Below, piece by piece: positions 11,444 through 23,074 of a stretch of 64,000 nucleotides of DNA. Where the stretch lies: assembly GCA_051530055.1 (NCBI GenBank), contig CM121341.1:11696784-11760783 (forward strand), in the 5' to 3' direction. The position numbers and the translations under genes were made by a program. How positions within the stretch are numbered: position 1 is the stretch's first letter; the number at the start of each line of letters is the position of its first letter. A model generated the notes under the pieces. It had not been told where the DNA came from. It ran no database searches and was given only the letters and a program-made list of their open reading frames with translations. Origin of the DNA: Neoechinorhynchus agilis (lineage: Eukaryota > Animalia > Acanthocephala).

Positions 11444-12520
11444 TAGCCAAATGCCTCGTCATCTAACTAGTGACGTTCATGAATGGATTATTGAGAATCC
11501 TACTGTCCCTGTCTGCAGCCTAGCGAAACCAAAGCCAAGGGAACGGGCTCGGAGAGTAACAGCGGCGAAAAAAGATATTGTTGAGCTTGACTCTAGTCAG
11601 TCTCTGTGAAATAACATGATAGGCGTAGAATAGATGGGGGCCCGCCGCGGTGAAATACCACTACCATCATTGTTTCTTATTTACTCAGTGATTCAGGGAG
11701 CATTAATTCGCTAATTGCGATATCTATTCCTTTCTTAAGTGTCGAAGAGTGTCTGGTCTGAGAACACAGACTGATTGGGAGTTTGGAATTATTGTTTAGG
11801 GCTTAACCCGGTAAGTTATTTTTTTGCTAAGGACGTTTCAAACCTCGTGGGTTCATCATCTGTTTGTTAGCTAGTAATAAACGATGAACCCGACGAGGGT
11901 TTGCTAGTTAGTAATAGACGATGAACCTAATGAGGGTTTGTTAGCTAGTAATAGACCATGAACCCGACGAGGTTAATAACACGTTTTTTTAATTAACAAA
12001 GAGATGGACAAATGTATCTTTGGGTCCTCTAACTTTGGGTCAACGTCTTTAATAAAAAATCATTTACCAGGTGAAGACCTAAAGAGTAATTCCTATCATA
12101 TACCACGGTACCTCACATATCGACTATTGGGAGTTTGATTAGGGCGGTACATCTGTTAAAACCTAACGCAGTCAGAAAAATTATCACGGGGATAACTGGG
12201 TTGTGGCGGCCAAGCGTCCACAGCGACGTCGCTTTTTGATCCTTCGATGTCGGCTTTTCCTATCATTGGGATGCAAAAAGTCCCATAGCGTTGGATTGTT
12301 CACCCATTAATAGGGAACGTGAGCTGGGTTTAGACCGCCGCGAAACAGGTTAGTTATACCCTACTGTTGAGCTGGTTGTTGTAATAGCAATCTTGCTAAT
12401 TAAGAAAAGAACCGCAGGTTTGGACATTAAGTACACTCACTCGGTCGAGAGGCCGATGTTGCGAAGCTTCGTCAGCAGGATTACGACTGAACACCTCTAA
12501 GTCGGAAGTCTACTTAGGAG
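11444..12520 (+). rRNA. 28S: 28S rRNA 3' fragment (pseudogene); copy 1; may extend to about 12710
   Basis: TAGCCAAATGCCTCGTCATCTAA, GGGATAACTGG, TGATCCTTCGATGTCGGCT, GGATTGTTCACCC, GGGAACGTGAGCTGGGTTTAGACC. Many substitutions, an insertion at 11786-12125 and a deletion at 12171/12172. Confidence 0.92.
11786..12125. mobile_element. Palindromic PLE-derived mini-element, family D, inserted in the 28S fragment (also 27967-28306)
   Basis: Arms match 34022-34161; tail ccacggtacctcacatatcgac; 12-bp TSD ATTGGGAGTTTG at 11774-11785 and 12126-12137; internal ~40-bp repeats. Confidence 0.8.
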
Positions 12521-13396
12521 CAACAACACCAATGCGCACTAGGCGGCCTGAACTTGTTACAAATGTGATAGTGAGCGACGTTTTCTACGCGGAAATTACG
12601 TTTCTTCTCAATGATTTATCCGCCAGCGGCGAATTTATCATCTGCGCTCAGTGTCTACTTATGAAATGAATTGACCTGCGTAGTTGGTAGCCGTGTTCAA
12701 TACCTCGCTGTACTTGTGCGTTAGCATATGATGTGTGCTATGATGTGCCGGTATAAAATTAAGTCTCATGACGTATGCAAAGTTGGGCAAAATGTGTGTT
12801 TTCGACAAATTTTTGCGAGCCCCCTGATAAGGGCTAGGCACAACACCTAAGCTATAACGCGAAGAAGTGCATCTTGATTACGCCATGCAAAGCTCTCTGA
12901 GCTGGCAGAGAAGATTGCGGTAGTGGTTGTTGATTAAGACGTTCGATGTTAAAACTCATTGAACTATGAGAAGAGTTGGGTATAGACTGAACGGCCGTGC
13001 TGTTGGGCGATACAAAAGTATCAGGTAAAAAATGTAGTAAAGATAGGCGGATTGAATAAGCGGCAAATACCAATCAATTCACTGATATTATATCAGTGAT
13101 TGAGCTAAGTGAATGCTGGGCAAAATTGTTACTTGGCGCTTACGGTTAATCGGCCACTGTTATTGGATTTATGTGATTACTAAAAATTAACGTAGTTGAT
13201 GTTGAACACCATCCGAGTGGATGGTTGAGCAGTTAATATTGGCGGCAAATGCCAATTGATGACGTAATGTGCCTTGCACTGTAATGTTGGTAATGCTGAG
13301 ATGATAAAATTATCTGACCTACGGGTCAGTTAGAACAGTGGGCGACTCATATAAAAGGCGTAAACGGATGTTGATTATTTTTCTTAGTAGAAGTTG

Positions 13397-13476
13397 AGGC
13401 GATTGTTTTGCGGACGTTATATCACCTACCTAAACAAGGCGATTGTTTTGCGGACGTTATATCACCTACCTAAACA
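13397..13476. repeat. 40-bp perfect tandem duplication
   Basis: aggcgattgttttgcggacgttatatcacctacctaaaca twice; single copy in unit 2. Confidence 0.95.
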
Positions 13477-13518
13477 ATAATTCTAATAAAATTCCCCGGT
13501 ACCTTACATATCGACATT
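13468..13518 (+). mobile_element. 51-bp 5'-truncated insertion of family D 3' terminus
   Basis: acctaaacaataatt...attccccggtaccttacatatcgaca, flanked by 12-bp direct repeat GTTATATCACCT (13456-13467, 13519-13530). Confidence 0.75.
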
Positions 13519-13584
13519 GTTATATCACCTGTTTTTTGTAGCAGGGTTCAAAACCTGGGTATACATGAGATGGCTGCTCCGTCT

Positions 13585-13684
13585 TGTCATGTTTTATTCG
13601 ATGTAGCGCGCACACCCCACACACGTTCACAACCTATGTTCACATGCACTACGTATATTATTCCTTCGGGGATAACTCTTGACA
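13585..13684 (-). repeat. 3' LTR (100 bp)
   Basis: 2 mismatches to 17389-17488; preceded on the minus strand by the PPT AAGGGGGAGGAGA. Confidence 0.95.
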
Positions 13685-14168
13685 TCTCCTCCCCCTTATC
13701 GTCTCCAAACTTCTGGCGGTTATAATAATGGATCGTCTTCCAATCTCTGTAATTTTGGGTCGTCTTCTTTCTCGTCTCGCTTGTCTTCGATCGGTGAGCT
13801 GTTTCCCATCTTATTCCCTTCCTCCTCTTTTCCGGATTCAGCTTCTTCTTCTCTGTACTTTAAAAAGTCTCCGTGAATCCTGTGCTCTCTGATTACTATC
13901 TTCGATCGTATATGAAACAGGGCCGCTTCTATCCGTTATCTCGCCTTCGTTCCAGGTCTGATCAATAGGTCTTTTAAACCAAATCGCTTGTCCTTTCTCG
14001 AATTCCCTGAATTTCTTCTTATGGTCATCTTCCCTCGTATACTTTTCCGCGACTGACTCGTGATTTCTTAAATTATCGAAAATCGAGGAAAATTGCCGTC
14101 CCATCATAACGCGCGCGGGCGAAATCCCTGTCGTACTGTTCTTCGTATTCCGATAACTCAACAGAAAA

Positions 14169-16952
14169 TCACAAAGCTCTTCTTGTGTCACCTTTCCATC
14201 GTCGCTCTTGGTCCTTACGTTCCGTGAGGCCATTCGTTTGCGGGTGGTACGGACTTGTTGAACCGTGCTTGATTCCTCTATTCGAACAGAATTGCTCAAA
14301 CTCTTCCGATTTGAATTGAGGCCCGTTGTCCGTGATGATTGTATTGGGCACGCCAAACCTCGCAAAACAATCTGTAAGATTGTATACGATATTCGATGTA
14401 GTCGACTTTTCACCCAAATTCCATATCTCCACCCATTTGCTTGTAGCATCAACCAGAATCAGGAATATCTTGTTCTTTATTAGGCCCGCCAAATCCAAAT
14501 GTAACCGGCTCCACACGCGGCGTGATATTTCCCATCTGAACAGTGACTCTTTCGACATCGCGGGTCTCGATTTTTGACAATGTGTGCACCTTCCCACGTA
14601 CCCTTCAATGTCGTCCACAATTCGTGGTCACCACACAACATGTCTACTGAGTCTTTTCATCGACTCAATTCCCGGGCGTCCCTTGTGGAGATTTTCGAGT
14701 ACCTTCAATCGCAAACATTTCGGAATAACGAGCTTATGTTGATCTAACATAAGGCCGTTTTCCTCCGCCAATTCGTCCCTCCGGTTCCAGTATGCATCAT
14801 CAACTCTGTCCATTTTAGATGACCAGCCGTATTTCAATTGCCGCTGCACCTTTTTGAACGTCCGATCCTGCTTAGTTGCTAACTCAAGCGTTTTTCGCGA
14901 CAACTGTATCTCCTCAACGCGTTGTTGGTGATTTGCAGCTAGTAACTTTACATCTACTGAGTTAACAGTAAATTTCTTCTGATCGTTCGGTAACGTTGAT
15001 AAGCAGTCAGCATACAAATTTGTTTTTCCTTTAACGTATCTTATATCGAAGTTATATTCATTTAGCATTATCGCCCAACGCACTAACCTTCCGTTTGTCA
15101 TCTTGCTGAGGTCCCTCTGGTACCCGAATATGTGCTTTAACGGTTGGTGATCAGTTTCTAACACAAAATGTCGCCCATAAAGGTATTTATGAAAACGCTT
15201 GATTGCGTGCACGATGGCTAAGGCTTCTTTGTCTATGGTAGTATATCGCACTTCCGTGGGATTAAGTTTTCGTGACGTCAACATGATTGGCGCTTCCCTG
15301 GGTCCATGACCATCGGCCTGAAATAAGGCGGCTCCAATACCATAGTCACTTGCATCGCACGCCAAAATTAGTGGTTTCTTTTCGTCATATAATTTTAAAG
15401 AAATGTGATTCGCGATAGCTTCCTTGACGCGCTCAAACACCGCTGTCTGCTCCTTCCGCCATATCCAAACAGCTTTTGTCTTAATCAAATCATATAGGGG
15501 GGTTGAAGGTACGCCATCCAACAGCTGATCCATGAACTTCTGGAAAATTTTTGGGGCTGACGATACTCCGAAAGGAAGCCTTTTGTAACGGTATAATCCC
15601 CATGGAGTCGCGATTGTTAGCAAGTTCTTGGTTGTTTGATCGACTTCTAACTGAAGATACGCGTCCGATAAATCGATTACTGTGTATTTCTGACCCCCGT
15701 ATAGCTTCCTCGACACATCTTCCAAACACGGAATGTTATAACTATCAGCCGCCAGGAACCTGTTCAGTGTAACTTTGAAATCGCCACAAATACGGACCTT
15801 CCCATTTGACTTCCGGACGACGACAATCGGTGTGGCCCATTCTACTTGTTCTTGCGCCATATCTACGGCCTCCAAGATTCCTCCATCAACCAGTCGCATA
15901 ATTTCTTCCCTCGCAGGTTGTTCCAATGCGAATGGTATCCTTCTTGCTGATGCGAAAATGGGTTCCGCTGTTCGACTGAGATTCAATCTGACTACCATAT
16001 TTCTGATCGGTTCCGTCTTTTGCTGGAATAATTTATCATGTAATTTCAAGCAACGGTCCACCGCTTTGATCGTATTCACATACACTTCCTGCGGAAGCCT
16101 TATGTTGAAGTGCTTACACCATGGCAGTCCAAAAAGGCACTTAGCTGTTCGCTCGACAACCGTAACTGTTGCTACCTTTTTTGTCCTTCCGATCGTAACC
16201 AGCACATCACACTCTCCCAAGCTGGAGATTTCCGATCCTCCAAAACTGATCAATTTTTTTCCTTTCTTTAGTTGAGGCCTTCCAATAGCCTTCCAGACCT
16301 GATTCGAAATGATGGTGACGTCTGCACCGGTGTCAAACAACATATCGATTTTTATTCCGTTGAGTCTCGTTTTGATCCACGCTTGTTGTCTCTTGTCCTG
16401 TTCCATAATGTTGACATCGAACACTTCCGATTCCTCTGAGCTCGATTGTGAATCGCTTGCTCGTTGAACGCGATTAACTTCATCGCTGCGGCACCTTCTC
16501 GCGAAATGGTCAAGTTTTCCGCACTTGTAACATTTGCACCCCCGCGCTCGACATTCTTGGTTCCTTCCATGACCTATCCCGCATTTAGGGCATTTCCATT
16601 TGTTAAAAGTCCATTGCGTGTCTCGTCTACCTCGCGAATCCACCTTCCGGTTCTCATCTTCGTCGTTTCGCTTTTTGACTTCGAATATCGCTCTTTCGGC
16701 TTCTACTGCTTTGTTCGACGGCATTATTTCTATAGCTTTTGAGGTGGACTCGTATCTGAACGCTATCTCCTGAAGGTTTTCGAAGGTCAGGTTTTCGATT
16801 TGGAGCGCCGCTCTCCGGACGGCATCGTACGGCGTGTTTAGCACTACATGATCGCGCATTCGTTCGGATAAAGCATCAGCCTCCGTTTTTGTTTCTTCTT
16901 TATAGAATTTACAATAACTCTGCGATCCATTCCGCATACGTTTGGTCTTCAT
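14169..16952 (-). pseudogene. Mag-like gag-pol: zinc knuckles, protease, RT (core deleted), RNase H, integrase; interrupted
   Basis: CYKCGKLDHFARRC, LFDTGADVT, LYRYKRLPFG, ACDASDYGIGA, ETDHQPL, then a stop at 14628-14630, then RLHLDLAG/TDNGPQF/HPQTNGLTER. No YxDD: DGVP joins STPLY at 15506/15507. Confidence 0.9.
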
Positions 16953-17388
16953 TCATCTTTATCATACCAAATTTGAATCTAGCCGTTACTTCATGTTCGA
17001 CTGCTCCCACTAGCTTCCCCATAGCCTCTACTATCTGCTCGTAGGACACATCCTTCAATTTGTCTCTTGTTAGGACTTTCGTCAATTGGCGGAACGGTTT
17101 TGCACCGATTTACGACAGCAGGCATGACTTTTTACAAGCTGACTCCTTTACTTGGCACCACTCGAAATGTTGTTCCAACTGAAGTGTGTAATCTTTCCGT
17201 TCTTCGTCCTGCTCCACATACTGGCGAAACGGCGTGATGTTAACATTCGCTACCTCCGTCGCAGAAATCATTGATCTATTTCGCGCTTCCTGATCCTCTT
17301 CATATTTGATCTGTCTGTTCGTCAACATCTCGATTATCTTCGCTTGTTGCTCCAGTATTTTCCAAATCTGTCCATCGCTGTAACCAGA

Positions 17389-17488
17389 TGTCATGTTTTA
17401 TTCGATGTAGCGCGCACACCCCACACACGTTCACAACCTATGTTCACATGCACTACGTATATGATTCTTTCGGGGATAACTCTTGACA
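17389..17488 (-). repeat. 5' LTR (100 bp)
   Basis: Followed on the minus strand by tc-TGG (PBS). Confidence 0.95.
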
Positions 17489-18009
17489 CGTCTGCCGTCG
17501 TTTCGCCGATGCCTGCACTGGCTTTTGCTATGCTGAGCTCGTCTAATTAAGACGAAATAGACATTGTGTTATAATGTATGGACATAAGAGTTGAAATTAA
17601 CCAATGGTTGATTTCTCAGTGGATCTTCGTTGATATTGGAAATAATTACGTCACAGAAGATGATGTTAATTATTGGCTGATGATTGGTTTTAACAATCAA
17701 AATTAAATTCGGGTTAGTTGTTGGACATAAGGTCCGCAATAATTGGAAGAATTGTCGGGAAGTATCAGTGGGTTGTTATTATTCGACCTCCACATGGTTG
17801 TGGACGGTAGCAATGACGTTAGTTTTTGTTACCATGATTTAGGTTGAGAGTTGCATTCGTGTAGTGGGATGTGTTATTGTTAAGGTTGTTTGTCGAAACC
17901 TGAGGAAGATCGATAAAGGCAAATATATTTCAACAACCTAAGCAATAACTTACAATGATTTGGTTCACGGGTGCGCTACTCTTGCGGCGGTTAAACACAC
18001 TATCCTAGG

Positions 18010-18399
18010 CACTCAGGTTTACGGGTCGACGTAAGGAATAAGCAGCTGGTTAGTGCAGAAACTTTCGCAACGATACCATTAGCCTCCGTTCCTGTATCGA
18101 TCGAAGCCCTCAGCGTCGATTTCCTCGGATCGAAGAACGACGAATTTAATAAAATTCTCGCAGATTTCCCCTATATAACGAGACCTACCTTTTCGGACGT
18201 TTCGACCAAACATGCAGTGGAGCACATTATTGAGACACAAGGACAACCACTCCATGCTAGACCGCGACGCCTGCCACCCGATAAACTCGCTATTACTAAA
18301 TCCGAATTCAAAAATATGGAGGATCTTGGAATCATTAGACGCTCAAATAGCCAGTGGTCGTCTCCGTTGCATCTCGTACCCAAATCAGGCGGTTCTTGA
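18010..18399 (+). mobile_element. Ty3/Gypsy pol fragment; copy 2
   Basis: Identical to 1-347, with VDVRNKQLVSAETF upstream. Confidence 0.85.
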
Positions 18400-18770
18400 A
18401 AGGCTCCATAACGTGTAGTATCCGTGATTTATTTAGGTCACCCTTCAACAATTTCTCACACAATCACACAGGCCCACACACAATAAGATGGACATTAAAG
18501 CATAGAATTGGAAACAAGCTCAAATAGCACTGCCTTGATTGCTCCGGGAATTTACAGTAATGTCCCCCTCCATGGACGACTTCTCTACAAACTCATAATT
18601 CTTGTTCTCTTCAGAACTTACGACTTCTCTACAACCTCATAATTTTTGTTCTCTACAGAACTTTTGTCTTTTTTATAATTATCTGTACATTGTTCGTTTT
18701 CTCCATTTTCCAAATGTTCGAAGCTATCCGCACTTTGCGAACTTTCCTGGTTCAAACAAGCTGCTCTATT

Positions 18771-20361
18771 TTACTTCTTGGCACTTCCGCAATTTTCTTT
18801 AGATTCCGGGGCAACCGGATTCTGATAAATGAGTTCATAAAACAAGATGTACCCAGTAAGAACACGCCTCTTACTCTCTTGATCAGCTGGATTCACAGGT
18901 GGGTTAACTCCCGCAACTCCATTTGAGAGATCAAATGGTTCAGGCAACAAAGCATCCTCCGTTTTTTCCGCCGTCGCATTTTCCTCCTCGACCTCATCTA
19001 CTCCATAAAACTCCTCAAACACATTTCCATTGACGTCTTTGACTGATGCATCGTCGAGTATTAACCATTTGTAATCATTGTATGTCTTGGTCACCGATGA
19101 TTCCGCGGGCTCCTGCGGTTCAGTTATATCCTTGCGGATCACCGTTATGAAATGTCCAGTGTTGTGGTTCGCTCCGCAGTGTACAATAAAACATCGAAGA
19201 CGGTAACGTGCGTTATTCACATCGATTTCAATGGAAAGTGGAACCTTTGCGCATACTTTTGTGTAAGTAAATTTTTCTTCTTCTTGAACGCATTTGAACC
19301 TTTTCAAGTGAAGGATTAGAATTCTGGGACATTTGTCAATCACCATTCGAATCGTTTGTTCATTATGTGCCCAGCAATTTGTACAAAAATGTGGACTTTC
19401 TGACTCGAGAATTTCAGGAGTGCTGAAGTCTCTCAGACACTGTTCAACCGTACGACCCGCTTCTATTAAATTATTTCTGGTATTTTTAAATCAGGTATCA
19501 GTGTAGATAAACCAATTTTACAGAAATATAAATCACAATTTTTCTATTATCATATTCTTACCAGTGTGCTTAGGAGGATGCGACTCCCAAAAATGGAACC
19601 CATCCAGCCCCTCCCCCCTTCTTGTACCAGAAACAATTCTAGACGTCAAGTGATACGTCGTAAAATATTTCCGATTGTTTGGGTCCATCATGACAGAGAA
19701 TGCAACTCGTCTTATGAACCAATGTTCCCATGAAAATGTCACCAACTATGCATTTTTTCGTAATTTCATCCTGAAGGTTGTCAGCGCAAATGTTTATGAG
19801 ATAATTCAGAAATTCATGGGCATCGTGTTGGTACGGCCGCTTAAAACTACTTCCATTACTTTGAACCTCGTTAATAAACTTCTTTGGTTTGACTGCAGGT
19901 AGGTGGTTATTTCTCCTAAGAATTCTCCGTTTTCTACCAGGTTCCAAAAGCTCTTCGAAAACTTTTCCCAGGTGATATACTAATGCCGCTCCTCTGACAT
20001 TTTCATTACCCGGTGGAGAATTCCTTCGTTCGTTCGATTGGCTACGAGCTAAATGTTGTTGTAGGAATTGAACGCGGAATTCATCGCAGTGAAACAAAGC
20101 TTGTATCACCGCATTGCAATAGCAAGTATTTCCGAAATTAACAAGTCCTCTTGTAGGTATCGATGGTGTTGATGAGCCCGTTGCAGATGAATCCGAGCTA
20201 GGTGATTCGATCTGCTCAGAATCTCTCCGCTTTTTTCCTAACACACCCCAGTTTGCAAATTGGCGTTCTACTTTTCGACCCTGCGTTTCCAACCATTTCT
20301 TGATTTCTGCACCTTTTCCCTGACATTCTTTGATTGTTTTCGACTTTCTGACAAGTCCCAT
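18771..20361 (-). pseudogene. USP12/46: USP12/46-family protease, copy 2, probable pseudogene
   Basis: ORF translations identical to copy 1, with the same nonsense and donor lesions. Confidence 0.85.
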
Positions 20362-20917
20362 CTTAAAGTTCTAGGTTAAAGAAACTGATAAAAGCGAAGA
20401 AACCCCCATTAAAAATTTGTTCTGAGGAGACTATTGAGGCAACGGGTGAATCATTTTAATTTTAAATAGGGCTGTCATCTCACTACAAACGATGTGAATT
20501 GTTAAGCGAAGTGTACTATAGCGGTAGAATATTATTGATAGTCCAGTAAGCGATAGAACGGGGGGGGCTTCGGGAGCCCTTGCTCACGTGAGCGAGATTA
20601 TCAATTAGGGATAATAATCACGTGCAGTGTTCAATGATATGAATGCTTTATAGCTGATAATAAGCGTTACTGTCACGCGAAATTAGTTAATTATGAAATT
20701 AATAGAAAGTTTAAATGCGATTAATTTCTTTGAATTCTTTTTAATGGTCCATCGATCAATAAAAAATAACCCTAGCCTTGTTGAACTATGAAATCAAGTT
20801 TTATATTTCTGTTTTTTTTAATTAGAAAATGAATTTTATTTAGGTTTTATTTGATTTTTTTTAACGCGTGACAAACAAGAGTTTAAACTGCGCGATCTTA
20901 GCAATCGGCATTGAGCG

Positions 20918-21560
20918 ATGTCTTATCGAACGGATTCCGAGGTAACAGTAGTAAAATACCATCGAAAAGATGTTGCAAACAAACGTGAGCCTCCTAATAT
21001 AATAAATTTCAATCAAAGTATCAATGGAACAGTGGCAAGCAATTTTAATCGAGGACCACGTAACATATTTCTTGAATCACCTGCGTCTTGCTATCCCGTT
21101 GATATTTATGGCAGATGCCGATTGAATGGAACGGGAGGTAGCAGATACTGCAATAATCAATTAAAAACGAGTTCAAACGTCGACTGCAACGAGGTGGCTC
21201 AGAAATACAAGTTTTATTTAGCCGTGGAGAATAGCCTCGGTTGTCAGGTATTTGTCTGTGGTTATGAGTGCAACAGAAGACGATTTCGATATGCTGGCAA
21301 TTCCGAAATCGTATTTGCGTGCAGAATCTGCAGACGGGTTCAAAGATCTTGCATCAAGACTGACTTTGTTGAGCCGTAACTATGATGAGTACTTGAAGTA
21401 TTTTGAATGGATGAAGGAATTTTCTGTTGGAAGCGACTATGGACATTGGTGCAAACTGTGCACTCGACTCAACGGTAGAAGTTCTAACAATGATTTGACT
21501 TATAGGAAATGTCTGAAATTTAACGAATGGTTTAATTCGTGGCCTGGAATCTACTTTTAA
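20918..21560 (+). pseudogene. GT10 fucosyltransferase fragment, copy 2
   Basis: Translation identical to 2833-3475. Confidence 0.75.
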
Positions 21561-23074
21561 ACCAAAAAAGGCTTTATTTAAAAACAGAAAGTAACCCTGC
21601 GATTTTGTTTTTATTAAGACCGAAATAGTTTCCGCAATTGAAACGGAACGCAATCCAGTTGGGTTTAAAAGAAGCTTTTATAATGCACCTTACTTGAGTA
21701 CATTATTTCTTCGTCGTTATATTATCCAGTATTTCAAAATAACTGCTGCGCCCGAGATCAATAAATGTTGAACTCTCCAAACGGCTATGCTGACTGCTAC
21801 GTATTTTGTCGAACCTTTGAATTGTGATCTAAGAACTATGACGATTCAATCGAAAAGTTTGATCGTTTTAGTTGGAAAGCATTCTAAAGTTGACTAACTT
21901 ACCTGTAAAAAGTAGAACTGAGAAACAAATAATTTTATCGTATAGTTAAGTAATGTATTGCAAAAACATTCTATAATCTAGGAAAAAGTAGTCGCTCAAA
22001 ACTGTTATTAGCTAATTATTATGAAGAAATCAAAGATTTTAGTCTTCAGTGAGTTAATAACTACCATTTCTGGAAATTTATGATAGGACAGAACTCGTAG
22101 AACCTGACGAAATACGATTGCTATGTGCTTTTCCAAAATGTTCAAATTTTTCCTTTTGTAAACAATTACCTCGCAACTTTACGACCATTTAATAAATAAC
22201 GAGGGAGGCTCACTATCAATGTAAGCATCTTCCCTGTCTCGATGCATTAATTCACAATAATCCAATCGCTCGTCTCTAACGATCTCAATATAATTTACAT
22301 CAGGTTCCTTACAACCCATAAACAATTCATACATTTACTTTTTTAGCAAATTATAATAATTGATTTATTTATTTGATAATTTTCGGCCTTCGCGTAGGCC
22401 TTCTTCAATCCATTGTTTTTGGAGAAAAATTTGAGTAAGGCTTCTAACGATCCTTCATCTTTTTCGTCGTTCTCATACGATCCCAATACATTTTCTAGGC
22501 TTATTCCTTGCTATTTGAGGCATTCTTATAACCTTGAAATATATATAAGATCGTTAAATTCGCTAATAATGAAATCAGACATCGTAGCAGCAGTCATTCT
22601 CGGTTGCTTTTTTCACTTTGAAATTATATGCTCTTCAAATGACAAAGGATCGCGTCCTCGTATTTTATTTTCATTAAAAGATCCTTCACTAAATGCATTG
22701 TGCATTGTTGCGAATCGTCTTTTCTTTAATAAAATCACACGTACATGCAGTTCACTGTTGTTTAGTCTATTTTTATTAAATCATTTGAAATGGAAGCAAA
22801 AAAGAGATTATTCTAAGCGGATTTCGGTCCCTCAAAGCGACGCCAATATTTGAGAAGGCGTGAGGTTATGATGATAGGCACTAGTAAGATTCTACAAACA
22901 AATTCGTTAGTCAGCCGATTAACTAGACCATTGTACATGTCAAACAGTTTCACAATATCTGAAAGCTATATAAATTTGTAAAAATTCAAATAAAAAATAA
23001 ATTCAAAATCTTGTGAAATACTACTTGATTTTCCAGCCGCATGATAAATCAAGTTTAATTTTTAAATTGACACA

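Larger units (their letters stand above)
13585..17488 (-). mobile_element. Ty3/Gypsy (Mag-like) LTR retrotransposon, defective, 3904 bp
   Basis: Two 100-bp LTRs (TGTCA...TGACA), 5-bp TSD CGTCT, PBS (TGGTTACAGCGATGG) at 17372-17386, PPT at 13685-13697. Empty site present in unit 2 near 30774-30778. Confidence 0.95.

Noticed and set aside
11444-12520. Functional rDNA unit
   Set aside because: Only the 3' part of 28S is present, with an insertion, a deletion and substitutions in conserved motifs; no 18S or 5.8S.
12710-13400. rDNA intergenic spacer call
   Set aside because: Position and GT-rich composition fit, but no diagnostic motif; not listed as a feature.
17670-17710. CTGATGA plus a small hairpin as a hammerhead
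   Set aside because: No GAAA or NUH site in register.
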